Assembly (NCBI GenBank): GCA_963807605.1
Contig: CAWECG010000005.1
Span: 1-64,000 of the forward strand
Direction: 5' to 3'
DNA: 64,000 nucleotides
Origin: Candidatus Bathyarchaeota archaeon
GTDB taxonomy: Archaea > Thermoproteota > Bathyarchaeia > 40CM-2-53-6 > RBG-13-38-9
Positions 31,236-39,799 of the stretch are shown here, in pieces. The position numbers and the translations under genes were made by a program. The first letter of the stretch is position 1, and each line of letters begins with the position of its first letter. The notes under the pieces were generated by a model. The model did not search any database. It worked only from the letters and a program-made list of their open reading frames with translations, and was not told the origin of the DNA.

Positions 31236-31334
31236 CAGCAGCCGGGTTGTCTCAGCGTTCCAGCGCTGTTTGATATTGAATGGAAGTTTGGGTAGCCTAT
31301 ACTGATATTGTTATCTCATCCTTTCCGTCTGACC
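31175..31334. repeat. About 160-bp dispersed repeat, copy 2
   Basis: Closely similar to 27189-27349. Confidence 0.85.
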
Positions 31335-31721
31335 AGCGCGCGTTCCTAGCTTTACAGGCTAGTAGAGCTCAGCGATTCGACTCCCCACTTTCCACCTCAC
31401 AGCTCCGGATGTGTCCGGCCGTCGCCTGTCCATGCAGACTATTGATCGAAGAGGCGCGGTCAGATACTTAAGTGCAGAGGCGATGTCATCGGAGGAGTCC
31501 CCAGGCAAGCCCGACACTTGTTTCGGCCAGTATTCCCGAGGAGACAAATTCTCACGACGCATCGGTGCAAGAGACACAAGCCAGTTCCGTAAGAATGCTT
31601 TCTGAGTTCTCAGAAATATATAGAACAACCAGATGAGTCACACAATATGATCTAGCTAGCAACATGTGTCCCTCTATATGAAGGAGGAGAATAGTCATGA
31701 AGAGTTGGGAGAGGGACATAA

Positions 31722-32596
31722 TTGGATCTCGTGCTGCGTCGAAGAAGGTGGATTATCCATAGAAAACTGAAAGGCCGGAAGATCAGGGATATCGTTAGTG
31801 CGCTGCGGATAAACGAGAAGACCGTTGACCGATGGTGTATCGTCCATCAGAAAGATGGGTGGGAGAGGCGGGTAGTAAAGTCTAGAAGACCACACCGATA
31901 TTACAAGACCCCACAGTCAACAGTGAACCTCATCGTCGAGCTGAGACACAGCAAACGTTGGGGGCCAAACAAGATCGAAGGATACCTAAGAAACTACAAG
32001 GTCGAAGGCAAGCGCGCGCGTCGAAGGCATCACACCTGTCAACCATAGAACCATCCATCAAATCCTAGTCGAAGACAGACTGAATAATCCTATCTCTGCA
32101 CCCAGAAAGGTCTGGGGTAAGCACAGATTCCAGCGGGAGCACAGCAACAGCCCATGGCAAGCGCGCGCTAGGCGACCATATCCGCTTCATTCCAGGCTCA
32201 AGAATCCACCACAACCCAACAACAGAGCAGGCGATCAAGCTCCTTGAAGAATACATGATACAATGCGGGAAGCCCAAACAGATACTGCCAGATAGAGGAA
32301 CCCAGTTCTATCCTGCCAGAGGAGGCAGGTCAGAGTTCACAAAGTTCTGCAGTGGAAATAGTATCGAGCATATTGTCACAAGCGTAAGGAGACCATCCAC
32401 AATCGGCAAGATCGAGTCCTTCCACAAAGCGTACGTCTGTGAGTCATGGATGTTTCCCACCCATGAAAATTTTGTGAGTTACTGGAATTACGAAAGACCT
32501 CCTCAGGGAATCAGTTATCTATATCCAGCAGACACATATTTTAGAGAGCTAAACATACTCACAGATGTGGGGGGGATAGAAGACTGGGAAGTTTGA
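31722..32596 (+). mobile_element. IS481-family transposase pseudogene
   Basis: HTH, SRRPH and WGPNKI; then RFQREHSNSPWQ, DRGTQF, RRPSTIGKIESFH and WNYERP. Frameshifts and a deletion at 32011 and 32160. Confidence 0.85.
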
Positions 32597-32788
32597 ACGG
32601 TTGGCGCTACTCTCAGTCACGCGCGCGCTTCATTGTGTGCTGATCACGCGTCTGTTCTGAGATCTCTCTGAACCTTTGATGTCCGTATTCTACTTCTCTC
32701 CAGATATCGCCCACCATCAGTGCAGCACCGAATGATTGAATTGTTGCGAAGCGAATTGACTGGCTCAGGTTACTTGTGGCGATCTTGA

Positions 32789-34111
32789 GTGATGGGAACT
32801 CTTAAGCTCGCGATCCAATATGCACGCAGGTTTGGTTTGAGGAGATCGGCCGCAGCACTTCTTCTGTACCTCAGTCGGAGATTGAACTCAGATATAGGCG
32901 TGAGCCATGTGGACGCGTTGCTCAAGTGTCGGTACTATGTGAAGAGGGAGTTGCTGAGTTATGATTTCTCGTCAACGGATAGCGCGCGCTATGTGAAGAG
33001 GGAGTTGCTGAGTTATGATTTCTCGTCAACGGATCTCGCGAAGAACAAAGCCATCATGGATAAATGGAATGCGACTTCGCCCAAGACGATATCTTGTGTG
33101 AACTGGTTTCTCCCGGACTATCATTCACCTTACGCTGGCGGTATTTATACTGCTCTGCGTTTTGCTAAGGCTTTCTCAACAGAAGGCGTATTGAACAGGA
33201 TCATCATATTTGATGGCCCCTACCATCGAGACCCTCGTGCTACAGCTTCGGAGATCAGATCTCTGTTTCCGAAAATGGGTAGACTCGAAGTCCTCGTCAA
33301 CCCTTCTAAGATACCGGACAGCACAATATGTATTGCAACATTTTGGCCGACTGCATACGTCGCGCTGAAGTTCAACAACACACAAGGCAAGTACTACCTC
33401 ATCCAAGATTTCGAGCCACTATTCTACGCAGCGGGACCATACTATGGACTTGCAGAAGCGACCTACAGATTTGGGTTCCTAGGGATCACGAATGGTCCGA
33501 GACTGAAAGAGATCTATCGAAACCAGTACGGAGGTGACGCTGAATACTTCTTTCCTACCCCAGATACGAATCTGTTCTATCCCTCGCCTGATCAGCCTAG
33601 GTCCAAGGTATCCCGCGTCTTCTTCTATGCCAGACCCGCGATGGAGAGGAATGCTTTCGACCTGGGAATCCTGGCACTGGAAAGACTCAAGAGAGCTCAT
33701 CCGGATTTGGAAATCGTTACTGCTGGCTGGGATCTGACTGCACACGAGATGCCAATCCCCGTCACGAACTATGGCTTGCTTAGCTTGAAGAAAACTGCTG
33801 AACTTTATCGGAGCTGTGACATGGGGTTGGTCTTCATGTTCACTAGGCATCCTTCGTACCTTCCAGGGGAGTTGATGGCAAGCGGATGTGTCGTCATCAC
33901 CAACAAGAATCCTGATAATGCGTGGCTGCTGCGTGACCGAGAGAACTGCCTGCTAACTGAGCCGACCGTATCCAGCATCCTGGAGACATTTGAGCTGGCC
34001 ATGGCGGATTATGATCTGCGAAGGAGTATTGTGAGGAGAGGGTCGGAGACTGTGAAGCAAACGAACTGGGACTTGGAGATACGTCGCGTCATGAAGTTCA
34101 TAACTGGCTAG
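32789..34111 (+). CDS. WsaF-like rhamnosyltransferase (GT4-type) with an internal 18-codon duplication insert
   Basis: GGIYTALRFA, IATFWPTAY, YLIQDFEPLFY, FFYARP...RNAFDLG, HPSYLPGELMASG. Confidence 0.8.
   Translation: MMGTLKLAIQYARRFGLRRSAAALLLYLSRRLNSDIGVSHVDALLKCRYYVKRELLSYDFSSTDSARYVKRELLSYDFSSTDLAKNKAIMDKWNATSPKTISCVNWFLPDYHSPYAGGIYTALRFAKAFSTEGVLNRIIIFDGPYHRDPRATASEIRSLFPKMGRLEVLVNPSKIPDSTICIATFWPTAYVALKFNNTQGKYYLIQDFEPLFYAAGPYYGLAEATYRFGFLGITNGPRLKEIYRNQYGGDAEYFFPTPDTNLFYPSPDQPRSKVSRVFFYARPAMERNAFDLGILALERLKRAHPDLEIVTAGWDLTAHEMPIPVTNYGLLSLKKTAELYRSCDMGLVFMFTRHPSYLPGELMASGCVVITNKNPDNAWLLRDRENCLLTEPTVSSILETFELAMADYDLRRSIVRRGSETVKQTNWDLEIRRVMKFITG
32935..33034. repeat. Perfect 46-bp direct repeat separated by AGCGCGCG
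   Basis: 32935-32980 is identical to 32989-33034. Confidence 0.95.
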
Positions 34112-34122
34112 GAGTCATTGGC

Positions 34123-37100
34123 TCAGAAGCCGAGCAGGCGCGGATTGATGAGGTAACAGGCATGTTCAGATTCGGTTGACAGATTCTTGTTGTAAAACGG
34201 GTCACCATTCGCAATATCATCTCTTAGCTTCTTAATGAAGTAGTTGTAGTCGGAAGACGGGAATGCCTTCCCTCTTGTTGCCCCTTCACGATGATAGAGG
34301 ACTGCATAAGGATTGTACACAATCTGGTATCCTGCCTTTCTCATTCTGATGCAAAGATCGACATCGTTTCCTCCAACCACAAGGCGTTCATCGAAACCTC
34401 CTACAGCCTTGAAGACATCTCTCCTAACAAGCATGCAGGCTGCGGTGACTGCTGAGCAGTTGCGGATCATGTGTGCTAATCCAAAGTAGCCTGGTTCGGC
34501 GTTTGGCATTCCGCGAAAAGGATGACCTGCTGTTCCTCCCAGTCCCAAGACCACGCTTGCATGTTGGATTCGACCATCGGGATAGAGCAACTTCGCTCCA
34601 ACACAGGCCACATCGTTTCTGGTGTCAAGTATCCCGACCATCTCCCCTAGCCAATCCGCTTGCATGGCCTCGGTGTCGTCGTTGAGGAACAGTAAGTAGC
34701 GTCCCCGTGCTGTGCTAGATGCGGAGTTGTTGAATTTTGCGAAGTTGAATTCATCCTCGAATCTGATGATCCTGTGGCCAAGAGATCGCAGATAATCCAA
34801 CGTTTCCGGCTTTCGACTATCGTGATCAACTACCACTATCTCGAAGTTTCTATATGCCGTTTTCTTCTGAACGCTCTCTATGCAAGTCTTCAACAAGTTC
34901 GGATTGTCATGTGTTACTATGATGATGCTTACGAGCGAGTCGCCCTTCGGGATGTACTTTACGCGGTACCATTGGTTATAGCCATCGAGGATTCCCCCAT
35001 GAATTCCTCGTCGCTCAAGAGCTTGTGCGAGCGCCTGTTTTGCCGCCTCCCTTGCTGTCGGTTTGGCTGACAAGGATAGTGCAGTCGAGGTAGGGGTCAT
35101 CCTCCAACTGTAGATGGACTTCGAGACGTGATAGATTTGGTTAGTCCTCTCGACCGCCCTCAGTGCAAGATCGTAATCTTGACTCCCTTCAAAGCCTGCG
35201 CGGAAGCTCCCGAGCTCTTCAAGAAGAGAACGTCGGTAGACTATGAAATGCGGGATGTAGTTCATCGAGAGGAATAAGTCAGGAGACCAGTCCGGCTTGA
35301 AGAAGGGATCGATTCGTTTGTCGTCAACGTCTATCTTGTCCTCATCAGAGTATATGATATGTGCGTCAGGGTGCTCATTGACGCACTTGACCACTTCATA
35401 CAGGGCTTGATCAGTCAGCTGATCATCGTGATCAAGAAACGCTACGAATTCTCCCATTGCAAGCTCTATCGCCGCGTTGGATGCCTGTGCAATACCCGAT
35501 CTCTTGCGGAGGAAACTGACTTTCACTCTGTGATCAAGTTTGCGATAGTAGTCCAGCGTTCGTGCCACGGACTGGCGCGTCGAGCTATCGTCTACTATGC
35601 ACAACTCCCAGTTCTCGTAGATCTGACATCGTACTGATTCTATTGCCGCTCTGAGACATCTATCATCAGTCTCAAAAACGGGCATGACTATGCTGACAAG
35701 TGGTTTCTTGAACATCTTCGCAATTTCCAGCCTGAGTTTCGGGATTCTCACCTGGTCTGGCGGATCGCTAGCAAGGAAGATTTGATACTGTTTATTCAAT
35801 GGAAGAGCCATGAAGGCCTTACGCGAAATGTGATGACTTGCTGGTGGCGCCGCATTCTTTCTGGAGGCTACCAATCTTGCCATCATCATGGTCTGAGAAA
35901 AGAGCATCTCCAGAATCCTGCGTCTCAGGCTCTTAGGTGGAAGCTTCTCGACCAGAAGTTGCCTGTAGCCAAGAATTAGTTGCCACCCAAGGCTTCCTTC
36001 TATTTCCCCAAGTTTGCGCTGCACTGAGTCTTTCTCGTCTGCAGTTCTGGCTAACGCTTCTCTTATTTCCCCAAGTTTGCGCTGCACTGAGTCTTTCTCG
36101 TCTGCAGTTCTGGCTAACGCTTCTCTTATTTCCCCAAGTTTGCGCTGCACTGAGTCTTTCTCGTCTGCAGTTCTGGCTAACGCTTCTCTTATTTCCCCAA
36201 GTTTGCGCTGCACTGAGTCTTTCTCGTCTGCAGTTCTGGCTAACGCTTCTCTTATTCGAGCAAGTTCGACCCAGGGACTCGACTTGTACCATTCAGCATA
36301 CCGCATCAGTCGGCGATAATCTTGATCAACACGATCGTCGACAGTATTCCCGGCCCATTCCACGAGACGACCATAGTCGCCTGCCAGAACTTCTGGAAAA
36401 GCTTGCTGGAGATCGCCTCTCATCATATACAATTGGAGAAGCACTGAAAGAGGATCGGAGAGAGATTTCGAGAGCCTGTTAATTAGCGCATTTCTTGACG
36501 CAACCGCTCGCGCGTTAGCCTTCAGGTATTCTGCCTCGCTCCCCCATATCAGCCCCTGCACTTCAGTAGAGATTTGTCGTTTTCCTGTTCGTCGTATCGG
36601 TTTGAAGGCTTCAACTCTCAGTTCATATAATTCCCTGGCCTTCTTTTCCCTAAGGTTGCCGATTCTCTCCGCTGAAGGCAGCCGCGTGATTCTGCTGAAC
36701 CCAGTCTTCAAGAGCTGGTGACTGAGTAGATCGTAATCATATCCTGAGCGGTGAAAATCTGACCAGTGACTTTGATTACCATAGAATGTCGAGGCAAGGC
36801 GGTCTAGGTCTCCAATTCTATGCTCTAGATTTTGAGTCAGAAGGTAGATGCGACATAGGGCAGAAAAGTCCGGGCAAGAGATCTCGAGCCGTGAGCCTTT
36901 CTTCATGATACGGTAGGATTCTTTGAGGAAGAGCAATCCGTCAGCGTAAGAAAGGTGCTCTAGTAGATGCGAGCAGTAAACCCCCTTAGTGACTTCCGAG
37001 TCGAAAGGCAAACACGTGGCATCCGCAACAACATCAATTCCAGGAGCAGGTCTCACGTCAACCTGGATAGCTTCCGGCCAGTGCTGGAACTGTCCGCTTC

Positions 37101-37128
37101 CAATCTCAATATGCACATCTCCTTTCAT
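34123..37128 (-). CDS. Multidomain methyltransferase-coiled coil-GT2-GT2 protein (WsaE-like)
   Basis: IEIGSG, YCSHLLEH and LEISCPDF (MT); RGDLQQAFPE repeat; 4 x 21-aa coiled coil; two GT2 domains ending GDPFYNKNL. Confidence 0.9.
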   Translation of the reverse strand: MKGDVHIEIGSGQFQHWPEAIQVDVRPAPGIDVVADATCLPFDSEVTKGVYCSHLLEHLSYADGLLFLKESYRIMKKGSRLEISCPDFSALCRIYLLTQNLEHRIGDLDRLASTFYGNQSHWSDFHRSGYDYDLLSHQLLKTGFSRITRLPSAERIGNLREKKARELYELRVEAFKPIRRTGKRQISTEVQGLIWGSEAEYLKANARAVASRNALINRLSKSLSDPLSVLLQLYMMRGDLQQAFPEVLAGDYGRLVEWAGNTVDDRVDQDYRRLMRYAEWYKSSPWVELARIREALARTADEKDSVQRKLGEIREALARTADEKDSVQRKLGEIREALARTADEKDSVQRKLGEIREALARTADEKDSVQRKLGEIEGSLGWQLILGYRQLLVEKLPPKSLRRRILEMLFSQTMMMARLVASRKNAAPPASHHISRKAFMALPLNKQYQIFLASDPPDQVRIPKLRLEIAKMFKKPLVSIVMPVFETDDRCLRAAIESVRCQIYENWELCIVDDSSTRQSVARTLDYYRKLDHRVKVSFLRKRSGIAQASNAAIELAMGEFVAFLDHDDQLTDQALYEVVKCVNEHPDAHIIYSDEDKIDVDDKRIDPFFKPDWSPDLFLSMNYIPHFIVYRRSLLEELGSFRAGFEGSQDYDLALRAVERTNQIYHVSKSIYSWRMTPTSTALSLSAKPTAREAAKQALAQALERRGIHGGILDGYNQWYRVKYIPKGDSLVSIIIVTHDNPNLLKTCIESVQKKTAYRNFEIVVVDHDSRKPETLDYLRSLGHRIIRFEDEFNFAKFNNSASSTARGRYLLFLNDDTEAMQADWLGEMVGILDTRNDVACVGAKLLYPDGRIQHASVVLGLGGTAGHPFRGMPNAEPGYFGLAHMIRNCSAVTAACMLVRRDVFKAVGGFDERLVVGGNDVDLCIRMRKAGYQIVYNPYAVLYHREGATRGKAFPSSDYNYFIKKLRDDIANGDPFYNKNLSTESEHACYLINPRLLGF
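36001..36252. repeat. Four perfect 63-bp tandem repeats encoding IREALARTADEKDSVQRKLGE
   Basis: Units at 36001, 36064, 36127 and 36190 are identical. Confidence 0.97.
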
Positions 37129-37224
37129 AGTCTGACTAGTTCTCCTATGCCTGAGAATGATTCGGTCCCTTGTAGCGCTAGCAGGAAAGGGTGACTTAAA
37201 GACAGCGCCAGGAGATCATATTTA

Positions 37225-37761
37225 GCTGTTGATTGAATCCCTCTGGCTTCAGTCCAAGTGTGTGGAGCCATTCTGCTCCTTTCTGGGTGAATAATCCTTA
37301 TTCTGCTGGAGGCTTGACGCCTTCGTATGTGAGGAGGTTCTTTATCTTGACTCGCAGTTTGACGCGTTCCCTGACCAGGAATGCTCTTCTTCTTACCTGC
37401 TCTCGGAGTGCCGCTGTCTCCTCATCAGGCATTTATGCTGAAGGTAACGCATTCAACCTTACCAACTCAGCTATCACTTTAGAGTCGACTCTATCACTCT
37501 TTATCTTTGCCTCAGCGATGTAGCGTGTCTTCTTCGGATGAGAGACAGATACGTCATAACCTTTCTTTCTCAGCTGTCTGTACAGCGGTACTACTTGATA
37601 GGAGGCTTCCATACCGATTCTATTTATTTGATAATCCGAGAGTATGAGAGAATTCTATCATTCGCCATTCTTTTCTGACTGACTATTTCACCGTCACAAC
37701 TCACGATTGTTGCATAGGTTGAATCCTTATGCACATCTAAACCGCAAAAGTAAGCGCTCAT
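37225..37761 (-). mobile_element. IS110-family transposase remnant (N-terminal DEDD domain only)
   Basis: The - strand reads MSAYFCGLDVHKDS...IGMEAS...SHPKKTRYIAEAKIKSDRVDS...LREQVRRRAFLV, with a frameshift and stops. Confidence 0.85.
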
Positions 37762-37845
37762 AGTATGGCATGAGCGCTGACGCTTACCAAAAGCTCTTCC
37801 CATACCATCGCGCTAACAACCCCCAACCTCACCCTTCTAGCGCGC

Positions 37846-38971
37846 TAGCCTCTTGCAATATTCTTGGGCTTAACATGAAGATGTATACGTGTTTTTGATC
37901 ATAAGATCGATGAGCTTTACACCCGCTCATGCCGTTTCTGGTGAAAAAGGAGTGAGCGAGTGTAAGGCTCTGTATGATCTGTTTCAGGCTTTGGATTTAA
38001 CGTTTGTAGAACAAGTCTTGGAAAGAAGCTATGGGAGAAGAAGCAGGGTCGGCAGACCCCATAGAAATTTACTTGGAATGTTCAAAGCAGAGCTCATCAA
38101 ACGGCTAAGACATATCGAAAGCTATGAGGAATTGTATCGGCTCTTGTGGAGTGACGGTGAACTCTGCAAACTCTGCGACATCAAGGAATCAGAGAATCCG
38201 TATCACCCATCAATACTTCTGAGGTTTCGACGTAGAATAGGCCCTCAAGGATTTCACCGCCTCATGAACCGTCTGATCAAACAGCTCGACCACAGCGGCA
38301 TTCTGGACTCTGAAATCCTAGCGTTAGACGCCACATTCATCAAAGCTTACAGTCGAAGAGATCCTCACAATACCCAGTGTGGATTATCTGATTCTGAAGC
38401 CAGATTACGAAAACAAGGTAGAAACGTTGTCTTAGGCTACGGCATCCATCTGGCTGTAGATGCTGATAGTGAGATGCCGGTGGCAGTCACAGTGGAACCT
38501 GCAAACGTCAACGAAAAGAAGATCGCATCCCACCTACTCCATAAGACCTTGAAGTACAAACATAGGTGGAAGAGCGTGACTGCAGACTCACAATACTCCA
38601 GCGAATCCTTCAGGGATAAGGCAAGATCCATAAGTGTTGAGCCTGTCATCCCCTACCCCAAGAACCAGATGAAAGGCAAAAGAGTTCTACGTGTTGACAG
38701 AAGATTCCACACCCACGGACCTGCAAGGCTGAGACGTCTCTACCGAAAACGATCCTCTGTTGAGAGAACCGTCTCACGATTGAAGACACACTTCGGACTG
38801 TGCCAACTTAGAACCCGAGGATTAAGAAACGTCCTGTCACATGTAGTCCTATGCTTGATCGCAATGTTGACGGCTGCTCTATCAGCGATCAAGCAAGGAT
38901 ACACCCACAGAATGCGGTCACCAGTCCAACTCATGAAATTGACAGGACTAAAGTAATATTGCAAGAGGCTG
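37846..38971 (+). mobile_element. Apparently intact IS5/IS1182-like insertion sequence
   Basis: Terminal inverted repeats (T)AGCCTCTTGCAATATT and AATATTGCAAGAGGCT(G); flanked on both sides by GCGCGC (37840-37845 and 38972-38977). Confidence 0.85.
37889..38956 (+). CDS. DDE transposase (IS5/IS1182-like)
   Basis: GRP, ILALDATFIKAYS, GYGIHLAVD, TADSQYSS, YRKRSSVERTVSRLK. Confidence 0.9.
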   Translation: MFLIIRSMSFTPAHAVSGEKGVSECKALYDLFQALDLTFVEQVLERSYGRRSRVGRPHRNLLGMFKAELIKRLRHIESYEELYRLLWSDGELCKLCDIKESENPYHPSILLRFRRRIGPQGFHRLMNRLIKQLDHSGILDSEILALDATFIKAYSRRDPHNTQCGLSDSEARLRKQGRNVVLGYGIHLAVDADSEMPVAVTVEPANVNEKKIASHLLHKTLKYKHRWKSVTADSQYSSESFRDKARSISVEPVIPYPKNQMKGKRVLRVDRRFHTHGPARLRRLYRKRSSVERTVSRLKTHFGLCQLRTRGLRNVLSHVVLCLIAMLTAALSAIKQGYTHRMRSPVQLMKLTGLK

Positions 38972-38980
38972 GCGCGCTAG

Positions 38981-39415
38981 GACTACTCCCTTGCATCCAA
39001 GGGATCTAGCATCAGACCCCTAGCGGTTCTTCTGGACATCTACTATTTCAGGCCAGAACTACAGAGGACCTATCCTGAAGCAGGTAATGGAGATTATCAG
39101 AGGCTCATCGATTTGGCGGCCATCAACGGAGTGACAGTTGACGCTGCAAGGGCGTCGCTTAGACCCTATGGCTTCTACTACGCATCTAACACTTCTGATC
39201 GCAAAAAACCTCTTGCCACCTCAGTCGATCTTTATAATTCTAGGGTAGACCTTCAAAGCATATACCCTGAGGTTTTGATGGGCGAGTTTCGAGGGCTGAT
39301 TGGGTGGGCTAATGAAGTGCTCAGCAGTGATATTAGGGATGAAGCGTATTTCGTTTTGAAGCCTTATGAGGTCAGCTACCCTTCGCTGAGTGTACGAGAA
39401 TTGGCGAATGCTTGA
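38981..39415 (+). pseudogene. C-terminal fragment of a paralog of the 27869-30844 gene, interrupted by the IS
   Basis: DYSLASKGSSIRPLAVLLDIYYFRPELQRTYPE... matches the C-terminus of 27869-30844. The preceding NPNLTLL codons lie left of the IS at about 37817-37839. Confidence 0.85.
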
Positions 39416-39799
39416 GTATTCGCAGCGACAACGAGCGATATTTCGCATACACGTCATCGAAGGTGAGGAAGTTAATCGGCGAGAAGAAAGTTATAGTGGC
39501 GATGAACCGACGGACAACGCATCGAAGAAGCTTCGCATGATCTACGCGTGCGTAGAATGTTACAGTCCTCTTGGATTCTGAGTTCGAACAGTAGCTACTA
39601 ACAAATGTTTTCAATGACGTATCACTAACATACAAGGGCAAACGTGCCCGCAATGATGGTGTAGCCGATTTCATACTCTAGACATAGGCGAGGTCGCTGA
39701 CATTGCCTAAATTCAGTTTACTTTCGAGTTTAAGCCTGTCAAATCGGATTTCACAGAAGCTGAGGATGGTCAGCGCGCACTAGACTTGAGGTGTTCTAA

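Noticed and set aside
31359-31628. ORF between the GT2 remnant and IS481
   Set aside because: No recognisable motif; probably decayed sequence.
31660-32585. Terminal inverted repeats of the IS481 remnant
   Set aside because: Only weak similarity between candidate ends, so boundaries cannot be called.
36001-36256. Possible CRISPR array
   Set aside because: The units are contiguous with no spacers, lie in frame within a CDS, and no cas genes are present.
35933-36482. Repetitive alternative-frame ORFs over the 63-bp repeat and other short antisense ORFs in the track
   Set aside because: They are shadows of the real CDSs with no independent coding evidence.
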